Positions 8,822-17,942 are shown, numbered from the stretch's first letter. The stretch: 32,000 bases of DNA from Synechocystis sp. PCC 7338 (GCF_018282115.1 NZ_CP054306.1:821488-853487); one strand, 5' to 3'. The notes: generated by a model not told the origin, from the sequence alone. Made by a program: numbers and translations.

Positions 8822-9289
8822 ATGACTGATAATGACCCGCTTAATCTTCGTCCCACCCAGGTGGAAGATTTGACTAGAATCTTACCCTTGGTTGAAGCAT
8901 TTTATCAACATTTTAGTTATCCATTCAGTCAAACGGAAAAAGCTCAAACTCTACGAGAACTTTGGAACAATCCCGACAGAGGTTGTTTTTGGTTAATTGA
9001 GCAAGACCAAGGCGTTGTCGGTTATGTGTATGTTTCCTTTTATTTCAGCCTCGAATTTGGTGGCAGAACTGCTTTTATTGATGAATTATTTATTTCATCC
9101 GATCGCCGTGGTCAGGGAATTGGTTCACGCATCATTGAACTAGTGGAAGGGGAGTGCCGAAAGCTCAATCTCAAAGCACTACATTTAGAGTCGGAACGCA
9201 GTAATGAAAGGGCCACAGTTTTGTACAAAAGAATGGGTTTTGTCGACTATGATCGTCGTTTACTAACTAAACATTTGAATGATTGTTAA
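8822..9289 (+). CDS. GNAT-family N-acetyltransferase
   Basis: 155-aa ORF. Acetyl-CoA binding motif RRGQGIGSRII (R/Q-x-x-G-x-G/A) followed by the YKRMGF motif. Lower GC and no HIP1 compared with the neighbours. Confidence 0.8.
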   Translation: MTDNDPLNLRPTQVEDLTRILPLVEAFYQHFSYPFSQTEKAQTLRELWNNPDRGCFWLIEQDQGVVGYVYVSFYFSLEFGGRTAFIDELFISSDRRGQGIGSRIIELVEGECRKLNLKALHLESERSNERATVLYKRMGFVDYDRRLLTKHLNDC

Positions 9290-9303
9290 AAGGTAGGGAT
9301 CGA

Positions 9304-10119
9304 TTAGCCGAATCTGCCGGCCACGTAATCCCTGGTTTGGGTTTCCTGGGGACTAGAGAAAATACTCTGGGTGCTATCAAATTCCACCAACTGACCAATG
9401 CGACTTTCGTCAGTGTTAAAAAAAGCCGTGTAATCGGATACCCTCAGAGCCTGTTGCATATTGTGGGTAACAATGGTGATAGTCACCTTTTCCCGCAAAC
9501 TCTTGATCAACTCCTCAATTTTGAGGGTGGAAATGGGATCCAGGGCAGAACAGGGTTCGTCCATTAGTAGTACTTTGGGATTAACTGCCAGGGCCCTGGC
9601 AATACATAGCCGTTGCTGTTGTCCTCCCGACAGACCCAAAGCGGACTTTTTCAAACTATCTTTGACCTCATCCCATAACACAGCCCTAGTGAGGGAGCGT
9701 TCCACAATTTCATCCAGTTCTCCCCGGCTAGCCCGGCAACAGAGCTTCACCCCATAGACAATGTTGTCGTAGATACTAGTGGGAAAAGGATTGGGCCGTT
9801 GAAAGACCATACCAACTTCCCGGCGTAGACTGTTGATATTGACCTTGGGATCGTAAATATTTTGCCCCAAAAACTCCACTGTCCCGGTTACTTTTACTCT
9901 GCCCTCCAGTTCGGCGATGCGGTTAAATGCTTTGAGTAAAGTTGATTTACCACAGCCAGAAGGCCCAATCATGGCGGTGACCCTACCAACGGGGATGGTC
10001 ATGGTTACCCCCTCTAACACTTTTTTGGTACCGTAATAAAATCCCAAACCTTCAACCCTGATGGCGGGCTGTAAACCCTTTTCGATTGAGCTAGGCATTG
10101 AACCGGACAAATTAGTCAT
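9304..10119 (-). CDS. pstB: Phosphate ABC transporter ATP-binding protein PstB
   Basis: 271-aa ORF with Walker [13 protein letters not shown] signature LSGGQQQR, Walker [12 protein letters not shown] and the PstB-typical C-terminus YVAGRFG. Last gene of the pstSCAB order. Confidence 0.93.
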   Translation of the reverse strand: MTNLSGSMPSSIEKGLQPAIRVEGLGFYYGTKKVLEGVTMTIPVGRVTAMIGPSGCGKSTLLKAFNRIAELEGRVKVTGTVEFLGQNIYDPKVNINSLRREVGMVFQRPNPFPTSIYDNIVYGVKLCCRASRGELDEIVERSLTRAVLWDEVKDSLKKSALGLSGGQQQRLCIARALAVNPKVLLMDEPCSALDPISTLKIEELIKSLREKVTITIVTHNMQQALRVSDYTAFFNTDESRIGQLVEFDSTQSIFSSPQETQTRDYVAGRFG

Positions 10120-10164
10120 AGGTGGTAAACGGAGAAAACTGAAAAATTAACTATTGAGGGCACA

Positions 10165-11037
10165 TTAAAAGCGCCGACGGATCAGCAAGCGGGAAAATAG
10201 GTTAATGATCAAAACCAGCATTAATAGTACAAGGGAAGCGGTCCAGGCAATGGCATTTTGCTCCTCAAAGGGAGAACTGGCGTAGTTATAAATCAGTACA
10301 GGAAGAGACGGGGTGGGGGCCATTAATCCCTCTTGCCAAAACTGACTAAATAGAGCGGTGAACATCAAAGGAGCCGTTTCCCCGGCGGCCCTAGCCACGG
10401 CCAACAGAACCCCAGTGGTAATGGCGGGAATGGCACAGGGAATGACCGTTTTGACTGTGGTTTCCCATTTACTGCCTCCCAGGGCGGCGGAGCCTAGACG
10501 GTATTGTATGGGCACCAACTTGAGGGCTTCTTCTGTGGTCAAGGCAATAATGGGAGTCATAATTACCCCCAAAGCGAGGCCGCCAGCATAGGCCGAAAAT
10601 TGCTTGGTGGTAATAACCAGTACCCCATAGGCGAACACCCCCACAATTACCGAGGGTACACTGCTCAGGATCACGGTGACGAAACGTACCCCATTGGCGA
10701 TCGCCGAACCGGCCGCAAACTCCGCTAAAAATACGCCAGTCATCACCCCTAGGGGAACACTAAAAAGAGCCCCTAAACCCACCATGGTCAGAGTACCCAC
10801 AATGGCATTGGCAAAACCGTTGGGTTCCCCTTCTATCCCCACCGGAGCCGGCAGATGGATAAACACTTCCCAGGAAAGGGTGGGTAAACCACGCTGGATA
10901 ATGGCGGCCAAAATTGCCAACAAAGGCAGAAGGGCTACAAGGGTTAGGGTAAAGGATAACCCCCCCATCACCCAGGCAAAACCATTACGGAACAAGGATA
11001 GGGGAGTAAGCAGACTACTGGGGGCTGCATTTTTCAT
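10165..11037 (-). CDS. pstA: Phosphate ABC transporter permease PstA
   Basis: 290-aa polytopic membrane ORF with an EAA-like loop (EEALKLVPIQYRLGSAALGGSKW), positioned between pstC and pstB. Confidence 0.9.
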   Translation of the reverse strand: MKNAAPSSLLTPLSLFRNGFAWVMGGLSFTLTLVALLPLLAILAAIIQRGLPTLSWEVFIHLPAPVGIEGEPNGFANAIVGTLTMVGLGALFSVPLGVMTGVFLAEFAAGSAIANGVRFVTVILSSVPSVIVGVFAYGVLVITTKQFSAYAGGLALGVIMTPIIALTTEEALKLVPIQYRLGSAALGGSKWETTVKTVIPCAIPAITTGVLLAVARAAGETAPLMFTALFSQFWQEGLMAPTPSLPVLIYNYASSPFEEQNAIAWTASLVLLMLVLIINLFSRLLIRRRF

Positions 11038-11041
11038 TGCC

Positions 11042-12028
11042 TTACTGTCCCTCCCCTTGGCGACGAATAGTTGCCACCATTAATACCGCCAGACTGTTAA
11101 TGCCCAGGGTAATAACAAACAGAATTAAAGCTAAATACATCAAAGCGCCGATGTGGAGCTCGTCCACTGCTTCGGCAAACTGATTAGCCAACACCGAGGG
11201 AATAGTGTACCCCGGTGCCAACAAGGAAGCAGAGATAATATTAGAGTTTCCAATCACCATTGTTACTGCCATGGTTTCTCCCAGGGCCCTACCCAGGGCC
11301 AAAATAGTGGCACCGACAATCCCCGAACTAGCAGAGGGCAAAATAACTAGGCAAATAGTTTCCCACCGAGTTGATCCCAGGGCCATGGACGCACTGCGGA
11401 GGCTGGGGGAAACAGAAAGTAAAATATCCCGACTAATAGAGGCGATGGTGGGAATAATCATCACCGCCAGCACCAATCCCGCCGCCAGCATGCTCGGACC
11501 AAAGGGCTCGGTGCCAAAGATTGGTAGCCAACCTAGGTAGTCAAACAATGCCACTTGTAACGGCATTAGCACAGGGATAAAGACAAAAATTCCCCACAGA
11601 CCAATGATTACACTGGGAATAGAAGCAATCAGTTCCACCAGAAAAGCGATGGGAACCCGCACTGGGGCGGGCAGAAGATTTTCGCTGGTCATCACGGCCA
11701 CCGCCAGCCCTAATGGTAAGGCGAACATCAGGGCAATGAGGGAACTCACCACCGAGCCGAAAATGTAGGGCAAGCCCCCAAATAGTTGCTCGCCGCTGTC
11801 CCACTGTTGACTGAGGATGAATTCCCAACCAAACTTGGCGATCGCCGGTTGGGCATCGGCAAAGACCACCCAGGCAATCCAAGTGAGAATCACCACCACT
11901 CCGAGGGAACAGAGACGGGTCAACTGTTTGAAGCCCCAGTCCAAGCCACTGTTAACGGCATTTCCCTGGGTAATGTTTACCCCTTGGGCCGGGGGAAATT
12001 CCGGACGAGGCGAAAAACCTTCCACCAT
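11042..12028 (-). CDS. pstC: Phosphate ABC transporter permease PstC
   Basis: 328-aa polytopic membrane ORF with the permease loop SPSLRSASMALGSTRWE, immediately downstream of pstS. A 4-nt gap separates it from pstA. Confidence 0.9.
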   Translation of the reverse strand: MVEGFSPRPEFPPAQGVNITQGNAVNSGLDWGFKQLTRLCSLGVVVILTWIAWVVFADAQPAIAKFGWEFILSQQWDSGEQLFGGLPYIFGSVVSSLIALMFALPLGLAVAVMTSENLLPAPVRVPIAFLVELIASIPSVIIGLWGIFVFIPVLMPLQVALFDYLGWLPIFGTEPFGPSMLAAGLVLAVMIIPTIASISRDILLSVSPSLRSASMALGSTRWETICLVILPSASSGIVGATILALGRALGETMAVTMVIGNSNIISASLLAPGYTIPSVLANQFAEAVDELHIGALMYLALILFVITLGINSLAVLMVATIRRQGEGQ

Positions 12029-12061
12029 AACTATTGCTTTAATTTTGAGTACTTTGGCTGA

Positions 12062-13063
12062 CTATTTGATTTTGTCTACCGCGGCGATCGCCCGTTGGGC
12101 CACTGCTGGGGGAATTTTGGTGTATTCCAATTGGGTATTGTGGTTTTGCCCTGTGGTTAAAATCCAGCGCACCAGAGCTTTGATATCCTTGGCGACGGTG
12201 GCATTTTTGTTGTTTTGATACACCAACAACCAAGTCAAACCCACAATGGGATAACCGGAGGCGGGATCATTGATTTCCGCCACAAAGTTGGCGTCAAACT
12301 TAGCTCCACTGATGGCTTTATTGGCCTCTGCTAAGCTTGGTTCCACATACTGGCCAGCTTTATTTTGCACCTTAGCTGTTTGCAAATTTGGCCCTTCATT
12401 GCGACGGGCAAAGGTGTCCTGGACATAGCCGATCGCCCCGGGAGTTTGCTTAACCATGGCCGCCACCCCATCATTTTTCGGCCCCTTGAGCACCTGGAAG
12501 CCCCAGTTGGGATCTTGACTGGCCCCAATCTTGCTCCTAAAAGTACTATTTATGGCACTGAGATGGCTGGTAAAAATATCAGTGGTGCCACTACCATCGG
12601 CCCTTACCACCACTCGAATTGGCATATTGGGTAGCTTGGAATCGATCTGGTTCCAAGTTTTTAATTCCCCAGTAAAAATTTTACCCAGGGCTATCCTGGA
12701 AAGTTGGACTTTTTTACCCGGTAAATTGTAAACCACTGCCACAGATCCACCGGCGGTGGGAACCATTACCACTCCCCGTTTCATCTGTTGACGTTGGGCA
12801 GAGGTTGGTACCGCATCGGTAGCGCCAAAATCCACGGTTTCACCAATGAATTGACGGATACCAGCGCCACTACCAACGGAGTTGTAATTGACAGTGTTGC
12901 CGGTGGCTTTTTTATACTCTGCAAAATAGCGTTGATAGAGTGGTGCAGGAAAACTTGCCCCTGCCCCATTCAGAGTACCGGCGATGGCCTGACCAATGCC
13001 ACCAAAACCAACGATGACGCTAACCACTGAGAAGGTGGCAACTTTTTGAAATGAACTAAGCAT
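12062..13063 (-). CDS. pstS: Periplasmic phosphate-binding protein PstS
   Basis: 333-aa ORF with a signal peptide, then GAGASFPAPLY and GSGAG motifs typical of PstS/PBP2 phosphate-binding proteins. First gene of the operon. Confidence 0.9.
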   Translation of the reverse strand: MLSSFQKVATFSVVSVIVGFGGIGQAIAGTLNGAGASFPAPLYQRYFAEYKKATGNTVNYNSVGSGAGIRQFIGETVDFGATDAVPTSAQRQQMKRGVVMVPTAGGSVAVVYNLPGKKVQLSRIALGKIFTGELKTWNQIDSKLPNMPIRVVVRADGSGTTDIFTSHLSAINSTFRSKIGASQDPNWGFQVLKGPKNDGVAAMVKQTPGAIGYVQDTFARRNEGPNLQTAKVQNKAGQYVEPSLAEANKAISGAKFDANFVAEINDPASGYPIVGLTWLLVYQNNKNATVAKDIKALVRWILTTGQNHNTQLEYTKIPPAVAQRAIAAVDKIK

Positions 13064-13293
13064 AGGAAATTACAATGGGAATATGGTGCAGTTGAAAAAG
13101 TCAGCCCTTCTTTGCTGATGGGGCTTCCATTGGTTTAGCTATCGACCGAAAAACGGCAAAAATCTATGGTTAAACCGGCCGTTTACCGTCAACAAGCCCA
13201 GAAAATTGTCTGGGGATTTCTAGCTAATAATATTAGTGGCATTTTGTTAATTTACAACCCCAAAAATATTTTTATTTTTAATACACAAACCCA

Positions 13294-13324
13294 TTAAAAA
13301 GTCGATTAACTTTCGGTTAAATTT
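13294..13324 (+). promoter_or_regulatory. Second, weaker cluster of TTAA-core repeats (possible Pho boxes facing the MFS gene)
   Basis: ATTAAAAA (13293-13300), ATTAACTT (13305-13312) and GTTAAATT (13316-13323), with TTAA cores spaced 12 and 11 bp apart. The first base is not a pyrimidine, so the match is poorer than in the main array. Confidence 0.3.
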
Positions 13325-13350
13325 CACTCGCTTTAGCTAAAGTCACTAAT

Positions 13351-13391
13351 TTATTAAGCTTGAATTAAGACCATATTAAGACCAGGTTAAA
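13351..13391 (-). promoter_or_regulatory. Pho-box array (SphR/PhoB-type): four 8-bp direct repeats at 11-bp phase, oriented toward pstS
   Basis: Read on the minus strand: TTTAACCT-ggt-CTTAATAT-ggt-CTTAATTC-aag-CTTAATAA. On the plus strand, TTAAG/TTAAA cores start at 13354, 13365, 13376 and 13387. This fits the PyTTAAPyPy(T/A) repeat with 3-bp spacers that I recall for Synechocystis SphR. Confidence 0.65.
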
Positions 13392-13600
13392 ACAGACAAA
13401 ATCATTGTTTAAACACAACCAGTAGGCTTACCGTTTTTCCCGCAAGACACGATCCCGCTCTTGCGACATTTAATTTGTAGATTGGGGCTTTGGCAATGAA
13501 ATTTAAATCCATCAGCAAAATGCTTACTCTCCCAGCCTAGAATACAAGTTGCGTATTCATGCACTAGCCCACGGTCAGAAGGAATTTAGGCTTATGATGA

Positions 13601-14923
13601 ATGGACAACTGTAAAGAAACTTTAAGCAGTTGCAACGTTTTTACTTTCTCCCCAGCAAATTATTCCGTGAGTTCTTTCCAGACCCTGCGCCAACTATCCC
13701 CCTCCACCCAGAAGACCTTTGCCCTGTTGTTTGCCTCAGTGCTGATGTTTTGGCTCAGTCTCACTGCCCTCCTTCCTACCCTGCCCATGTATGCCCAGGA
13801 TGTGGGGGCGACTAAGCAACAAGTGGGTTGGATTATGGGGAGTTTTGCCCTTGGCCTGTTGGGCTCTCGCCTGTGGATTGGCCAGTTGGTCGATCGCCGG
13901 GGGAGAAAAATTGCCATTGTTATTGGTGCATTAGTGGTGGCCCTGGCTCCCTTGGGCTACCTACTCACTGCCACGGTGGGGGCCTTGATGGCAATCCGGG
14001 CTTTCCACGGTATCTGCCTGGCCGCCTATACCACCGGCTATAACGCCCTAGTAGTGGACTTATCCCCGCCCCAGCAACGGGGGGAAATTATTGGCTATAT
14101 GAGTTTGGCGGTGCCCATTGGCATGGGATTTGGACCGGCCATGGGAGCTTACATTTCCCAAACCATCGGCTACGAAGTCCTATTCATCATTTCTTCCCTG
14201 TTGGGCTTTATTTCCTTGGCCTTGGCCTTGCAGGTGCGGGAAAAGCGTTCCCCAGACCAGTCATCAGCAGAGGATGTTTTCGGCGATCGCCCCCGGCCCC
14301 GTTCCATCGTCAAACTACTCACCAGTCGATCCATGGCCGTGCCCACCCTGGTATTACTGCTGATTGGTCTTTTGTTTGGCAACTTAGCTACCTTTTTGCC
14401 CCTCTTTGTGCGGGAAATTGACCTAGCCTCCTATGCCGGAATTTTTTACAGTGTGGCGGCGATCGCCAGCTTTTTGCCCCGCCTCTTCCTTGGTCCCTTA
14501 GCGGACACCTATGGCCGGGGACTATTCATTGCCGGTAGCTTGATCTGCTATTTATTATCCATGGTATGCCTTGCTCAGGCTGATAACTCTTGGGAATTAT
14601 TGACCGCCGCCGCCCTAGAAGGAGCTGGCAGTGGCATTTTACTACCCACCACCATTGCCTTGATTTCCGATCGCTCTTCCTTGGAGGAAAGGGGCCGGGT
14701 TTTCTCCGTTTGCATGAGTGGCTTTGACGGGGGCATTGCCATTGCCGCCCCAATTATGGGAGTGCTGAACGAGATATTTGGTTACCGCCATGTATTTTGG
14801 CTCAGCGGTGGATTGGCCCTAGCCGCCATCATGGTTTTTGGCATCTTTTCCAACCCCACCATCGGCCGTTCTCTCAAGTTTTGCATTGGCCGCAGTCGAG
14901 ACCTCTATGCCACTCCCCAATAG
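13601..14923 (+). CDS. Major facilitator superfamily (MFS) transporter
   Basis: 440-aa ORF with about 12 hydrophobic segments and the MFS loop-2/3 signature GQLVDRRGRK. The start is uncertain, since the N-terminal ~35 aa are hydrophilic. Divergent from pstS. Confidence 0.8.
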   Translation: MDNCKETLSSCNVFTFSPANYSVSSFQTLRQLSPSTQKTFALLFASVLMFWLSLTALLPTLPMYAQDVGATKQQVGWIMGSFALGLLGSRLWIGQLVDRRGRKIAIVIGALVVALAPLGYLLTATVGALMAIRAFHGICLAAYTTGYNALVVDLSPPQQRGEIIGYMSLAVPIGMGFGPAMGAYISQTIGYEVLFIISSLLGFISLALALQVREKRSPDQSSAEDVFGDRPRPRSIVKLLTSRSMAVPTLVLLLIGLLFGNLATFLPLFVREIDLASYAGIFYSVAAIASFLPRLFLGPLADTYGRGLFIAGSLICYLLSMVCLAQADNSWELLTAAALEGAGSGILLPTTIALISDRSSLEERGRVFSVCMSGFDGGIAIAAPIMGVLNEIFGYRHVFWLSGGLALAAIMVFGIFSNPTIGRSLKFCIGRSRDLYATPQ

Positions 14924-15043
14924 ACCCGCTGGGCCTGGGTAATTCCTGTCAACGGCGGAAAATCTTGTTAAGCTAGGAGAAGACTTAGGCGATCATTCCT
15001 AGATTTTTCCTGCCCAGCTCCATGCTGAAAAAACTTTTCTACC

Positions 15044-15385
15044 ATGGCGCTCAGCGGGGTCGCCATCGAACAATTGGGGAAAATTTCAGTGCTGCATCTT
15101 ATCTATATTCTGGCCTTCACGGTGATTGCCTTCCTTGCTGTTAGCAACCTAATTCGGAGCTTAATTTCCGTCAGCATGGGTAGCCAGCGCACCCCGCCCA
15201 ACAGTTTTTCCCGTCGTTTTGGCCAAAGCAGTCACCCAGAATTGTTTGACAATCAGGGTATGCCCATCAGCGAACCCCTATTGGTAATGCGCTCCGTTAA
15301 TGTGGACGATGCCAGGGAAAAGTTAAACGCCATTTTTGATGCGTCCCCCAGCGTTACCGTCCAGGAAGGGGAAGACGAGAAGTAA
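15044..15385 (+). CDS. Small membrane protein (DUF2973-like, from memory)
   Basis: 113-aa ORF with a single TM segment, LHLIYILAFTVIAFLAVSNLIRSLI. An alternative GTG start at 15089, 8 nt after GGGGA, would give MLHLIYILAFT.... Confidence 0.55.
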   Translation: MALSGVAIEQLGKISVLHLIYILAFTVIAFLAVSNLIRSLISVSMGSQRTPPNSFSRRFGQSSHPELFDNQGMPISEPLLVMRSVNVDDAREKLNAIFDASPSVTVQEGEDEK

Positions 15386-15561
15386 TCAGTAGTCCCATCG
15401 AGCATCAGTAGAAATTGGTTTTTCCCTGGGCAAAATGACTATAACCGTGGCTAGGCGATAGCTTTAGGAAGGGCTGGGTCTTGTTCCGTATGAAATGAGA
15501 ATGGTTAAAGGTACACTGTACCCTGAACCCTGTGGCCTTGACGGTCTGAAACCATCGCATT

Positions 15562-16080
15562 ATGGATTTAAAAGCTTTAATTCGGGATATACCAGACTTC
15601 CCCAAGCCAGGCATTATGTTCCGGGATATTACTACCCTGCTCAATAGCCCGGAGGGACTGCGCTACACCATTGACGCCTTGGTGGAAGAATGTCAATCCC
15701 GGGAACTGGTACCGGATCATGTCGTGGGCATGGAATCCAGGGGGTTCTTATTTGGCATGCCCCTTGCCTATCAAATGAATGCCGGTTTTATCCCTGTACG
15801 GAAGCCAGGCAAATTACCAGCTCCAGTCCACCGGGTAGAGTATGAGTTGGAATACGGGAAAGATTCTCTGGAAATTCACCAGGATGCAGTGGATCCCCAC
15901 CACCGGGTCTTGATTGTGGACGACTTAATTGCCACGGGGGGAACCGCCAAGGCCACTGCGGAATTGCTGAGTCAGCTTGGCTGTGAGGTATTGGGCTTTG
16001 CTTTTATCATTGAGCTTGTGGCCCTGAATGGTCGTCAATATTTGCCTGATTTACCAATTATTTCCCTGGTGGAATATTAA
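15562..16080 (+). CDS. apt: Adenine phosphoribosyltransferase
   Basis: 172-aa [21 protein letters not shown] at the N-terminus and the PRPP-binding motif [14 protein letters not shown]. Confidence 0.93.
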   Translation: MDLKALIRDIPDFPKPGIMFRDITTLLNSPEGLRYTIDALVEECQSRELVPDHVVGMESRGFLFGMPLAYQMNAGFIPVRKPGKLPAPVHRVEYELEYGKDSLEIHQDAVDPHHRVLIVDDLIATGGTAKATAELLSQLGCEVLGFAFIIELVALNGRQYLPDLPIISLVEY

Positions 16081-16244
16081 GGGTTGCAATGGTATTCAAG
16101 CTGGTCTAAGAAAGCGTTTGAAAAGTTGCATTGTCGGTAAAGAATCACCCTTAAACTCAAAAAGGGGGAGTTTTGACCATTTACCCCCTCCCAAGGTGAG
16201 ACAGGTAGAATTAGTGAGCATTTTTAGACTTTTCAAACACACTA

Positions 16245-16940
16245 TCAAAAGGGAATGTCAGGATTGTTATTGTTGTCATCGTCGATCGCCCTAGTGCCAC
16301 CACCACCAGTGGTATCGGGTAGACCTTGGCGGGAGGGCCGGGGAAATTGAATGTTATTGTTGTGGGGACCACTGGGGGGTTTATCCCAGTTAGGTAAATT
16401 CATGGGCTGGGGCACCAGGTCTGGTGCAATGGGGTCTTCGTAGCGCAAAAAGTATCGGGCAGGAAACTGATAAATTTCCCCCGTGGCACAGGTTTTCTCT
16501 CGCAATACAGCCACCGCTTCCGCCATGCCCGCCATATTGAGACTCTCAATGATTACTTCGGTACCGGACGCCTCGGCCTTTGGAGCCGCTTGATGCCCTT
16601 TAATCGTTAGCTGCTCAGCTTGGAGTAATTCCGCAAAAATTTCCCCGGTGATGGCCACTCCAAAGGTGGATTTTTCCCCCACGGCCAAAGATAAGGTTGG
16701 CTTTGCTTCACCATAACTAACCTCTAGTTCAATTCGCTCAAATTCCCCAGGAATAAATAAAATTAGTTGGTCTTTGGTTAACTGATGGGAATAGTTTTGG
16801 TATAGGCCCAGGCAACTAACGGTGTTATTGGCTGAGTCAACCAAAGGCTTAACAATCCAGTTGACCTCCGCCCCCACTGCCCCCCCCTGTCCTAACACCA
16901 CAGTAGCGGCTAAAAAAGCACCAATATCACGGATATTCAT
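16245..16940 (-). CDS. Hypothetical secreted protein with a P/N/G-rich low-complexity C-terminal tail
   Basis: 231-aa ORF. Signal-peptide-like N-terminus (AFLAATVVLGQGGAVGA), a ~150-aa globular part with two Cys, and a tail ...PPSGPHNNNIQFPRPSRQGLPDTTGGGGTRAIDDDNNNNPDIPF. I cannot assign a family with confidence. Confidence 0.5.
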   Translation of the reverse strand: MNIRDIGAFLAATVVLGQGGAVGAEVNWIVKPLVDSANNTVSCLGLYQNYSHQLTKDQLILFIPGEFERIELEVSYGEAKPTLSLAVGEKSTFGVAITGEIFAELLQAEQLTIKGHQAAPKAEASGTEVIIESLNMAGMAEAVAVLREKTCATGEIYQFPARYFLRYEDPIAPDLVPQPMNLPNWDKPPSGPHNNNIQFPRPSRQGLPDTTGGGGTRAIDDDNNNNPDIPF

Positions 16941-17027
16941 GGTTACGAGCCTCTAACAATTACAAACCCCAGGGAACGCTTCCACCATCCCCCACCTTCA
17001 AACCACATTAGTATGGCGGCGGTTAGA

Positions 17028-17690
17028 TTAGCGAAAATTGCCCGTGTCGGAAAGGCGCTGATTGGTGTAGGGCCAAAGAAAAACATTAAAATTTTTGCCG
17101 CCAATTTTTTCCCGATACTTGAACGTATCTTTTTCGTAGAGACTCACCACTGCGTTAAGTTGATTTGCCAAATTAAGACATTGCTTAAATGTGGGGGAAG
17201 TATAACATTGCACATCAATTTGGTTACAACCGTAGCGGGGCACCAGATTCTTTTGGAATGGCTGGATGGAGCAAAAAATAAACTTGCGATACTGATTGGC
17301 TAAATACTCAAAATCCCTGGCGGAATAGTTGGCAAAAAAATGGTCATCCACCTGTAATCCATCGGTGTGACGGGCTTCGTTGATAATTTGCTCAATGGTG
17401 AGGCGGCGGTGTTGGGGGGATTGGATCCAGGCAATGGGAATGAGGTTATGACTGCGGGCTTGTTGACTAATTTCTTCCTGTACATCGTCTGCTACTCCCC
17501 GAAAATCAAGGAATACGAGGCGGTAACCCTGGCTTTGAATATCCCTCATTACCTGATCCAGGGCGTTTTGGGAGGCGTAGAAACGGATTTGGGGCTGGGA
17601 TAACCAAGTCCCGTTGGGCACCCCGGCCAGGGCTATGGTGGGGCAAAGGGCGAGGGCACCGATGAGTAATTTTTGCAGAATTTTTAACAT
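17028..17690 (-). CDS. Hypothetical secreted protein
   Basis: 220-aa ORF with a signal peptide (LLIGALALCPTIALAG). GLQVDDHFF and VFLDFRG resemble strand-end motifs of TIM-barrel glycoside-hydrolase-like proteins, but this is weak. Same strand as, and 87 bp upstream of, 16245..16940. Confidence 0.5.
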   Translation of the reverse strand: MLKILQKLLIGALALCPTIALAGVPNGTWLSQPQIRFYASQNALDQVMRDIQSQGYRLVFLDFRGVADDVQEEISQQARSHNLIPIAWIQSPQHRRLTIEQIINEARHTDGLQVDDHFFANYSARDFEYLANQYRKFIFCSIQPFQKNLVPRYGCNQIDVQCYTSPTFKQCLNLANQLNAVVSLYEKDTFKYREKIGGKNFNVFLWPYTNQRLSDTGNFR

Positions 17691-17942
17691 TTGGTGGAGA
17701 GGAGGGCGAGGGGCAGTAACTTGGGGTCCAAGGGGGAGAAAGGCCGTTGATTGGGGTCAATATTAAGCTAGTTAGCTGAAATTTAATCGGTTTTGCTGTT
17801 CTCAAATTTGGGGAGAGAAAACTATTTGGCGATCGCCGCTTGACCAAGGGAATGATATCTCTCGCCCACTATTAAAGTTAAAATAGGGTTTTCTGTGGAT
17901 TAACCACGGACGATTTTCCCGTCGATTACATAGAGAGAGTTA

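Noticed and set aside
8822-9289. GNAT as the toxin of a GNAT/RHH (DUF1778) toxin-antitoxin pair
   Set aside because: No small ORF with an RHH-like sequence lies immediately upstream or downstream, and the upstream 540 bp is ORF-free.
10358-12233. Many 60-135 aa ORFs antisense to or nested in pstA/pstC/pstS (for example 10676..11083 +, 11205..11540 +, 11541..11882 -, 11817..12218 +)
   Set aside because: They lie entirely inside well-supported permease or binding-protein genes. Their Arg/Pro/Gly-rich compositions are typical of off-frame translation, and they show no motifs or plausible start contexts.
17893-17909. CTGTGGATTAACCACGG upstream of sir, noticed as DnaA-box-like (TGTGGATTA) and as an imperfect inverted repeat
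   Set aside because: It is a single isolated site with mismatches. The stem is only GTGG/CCAC plus one flanking pair, and I recognise no regulator consensus. It is too weak to call.
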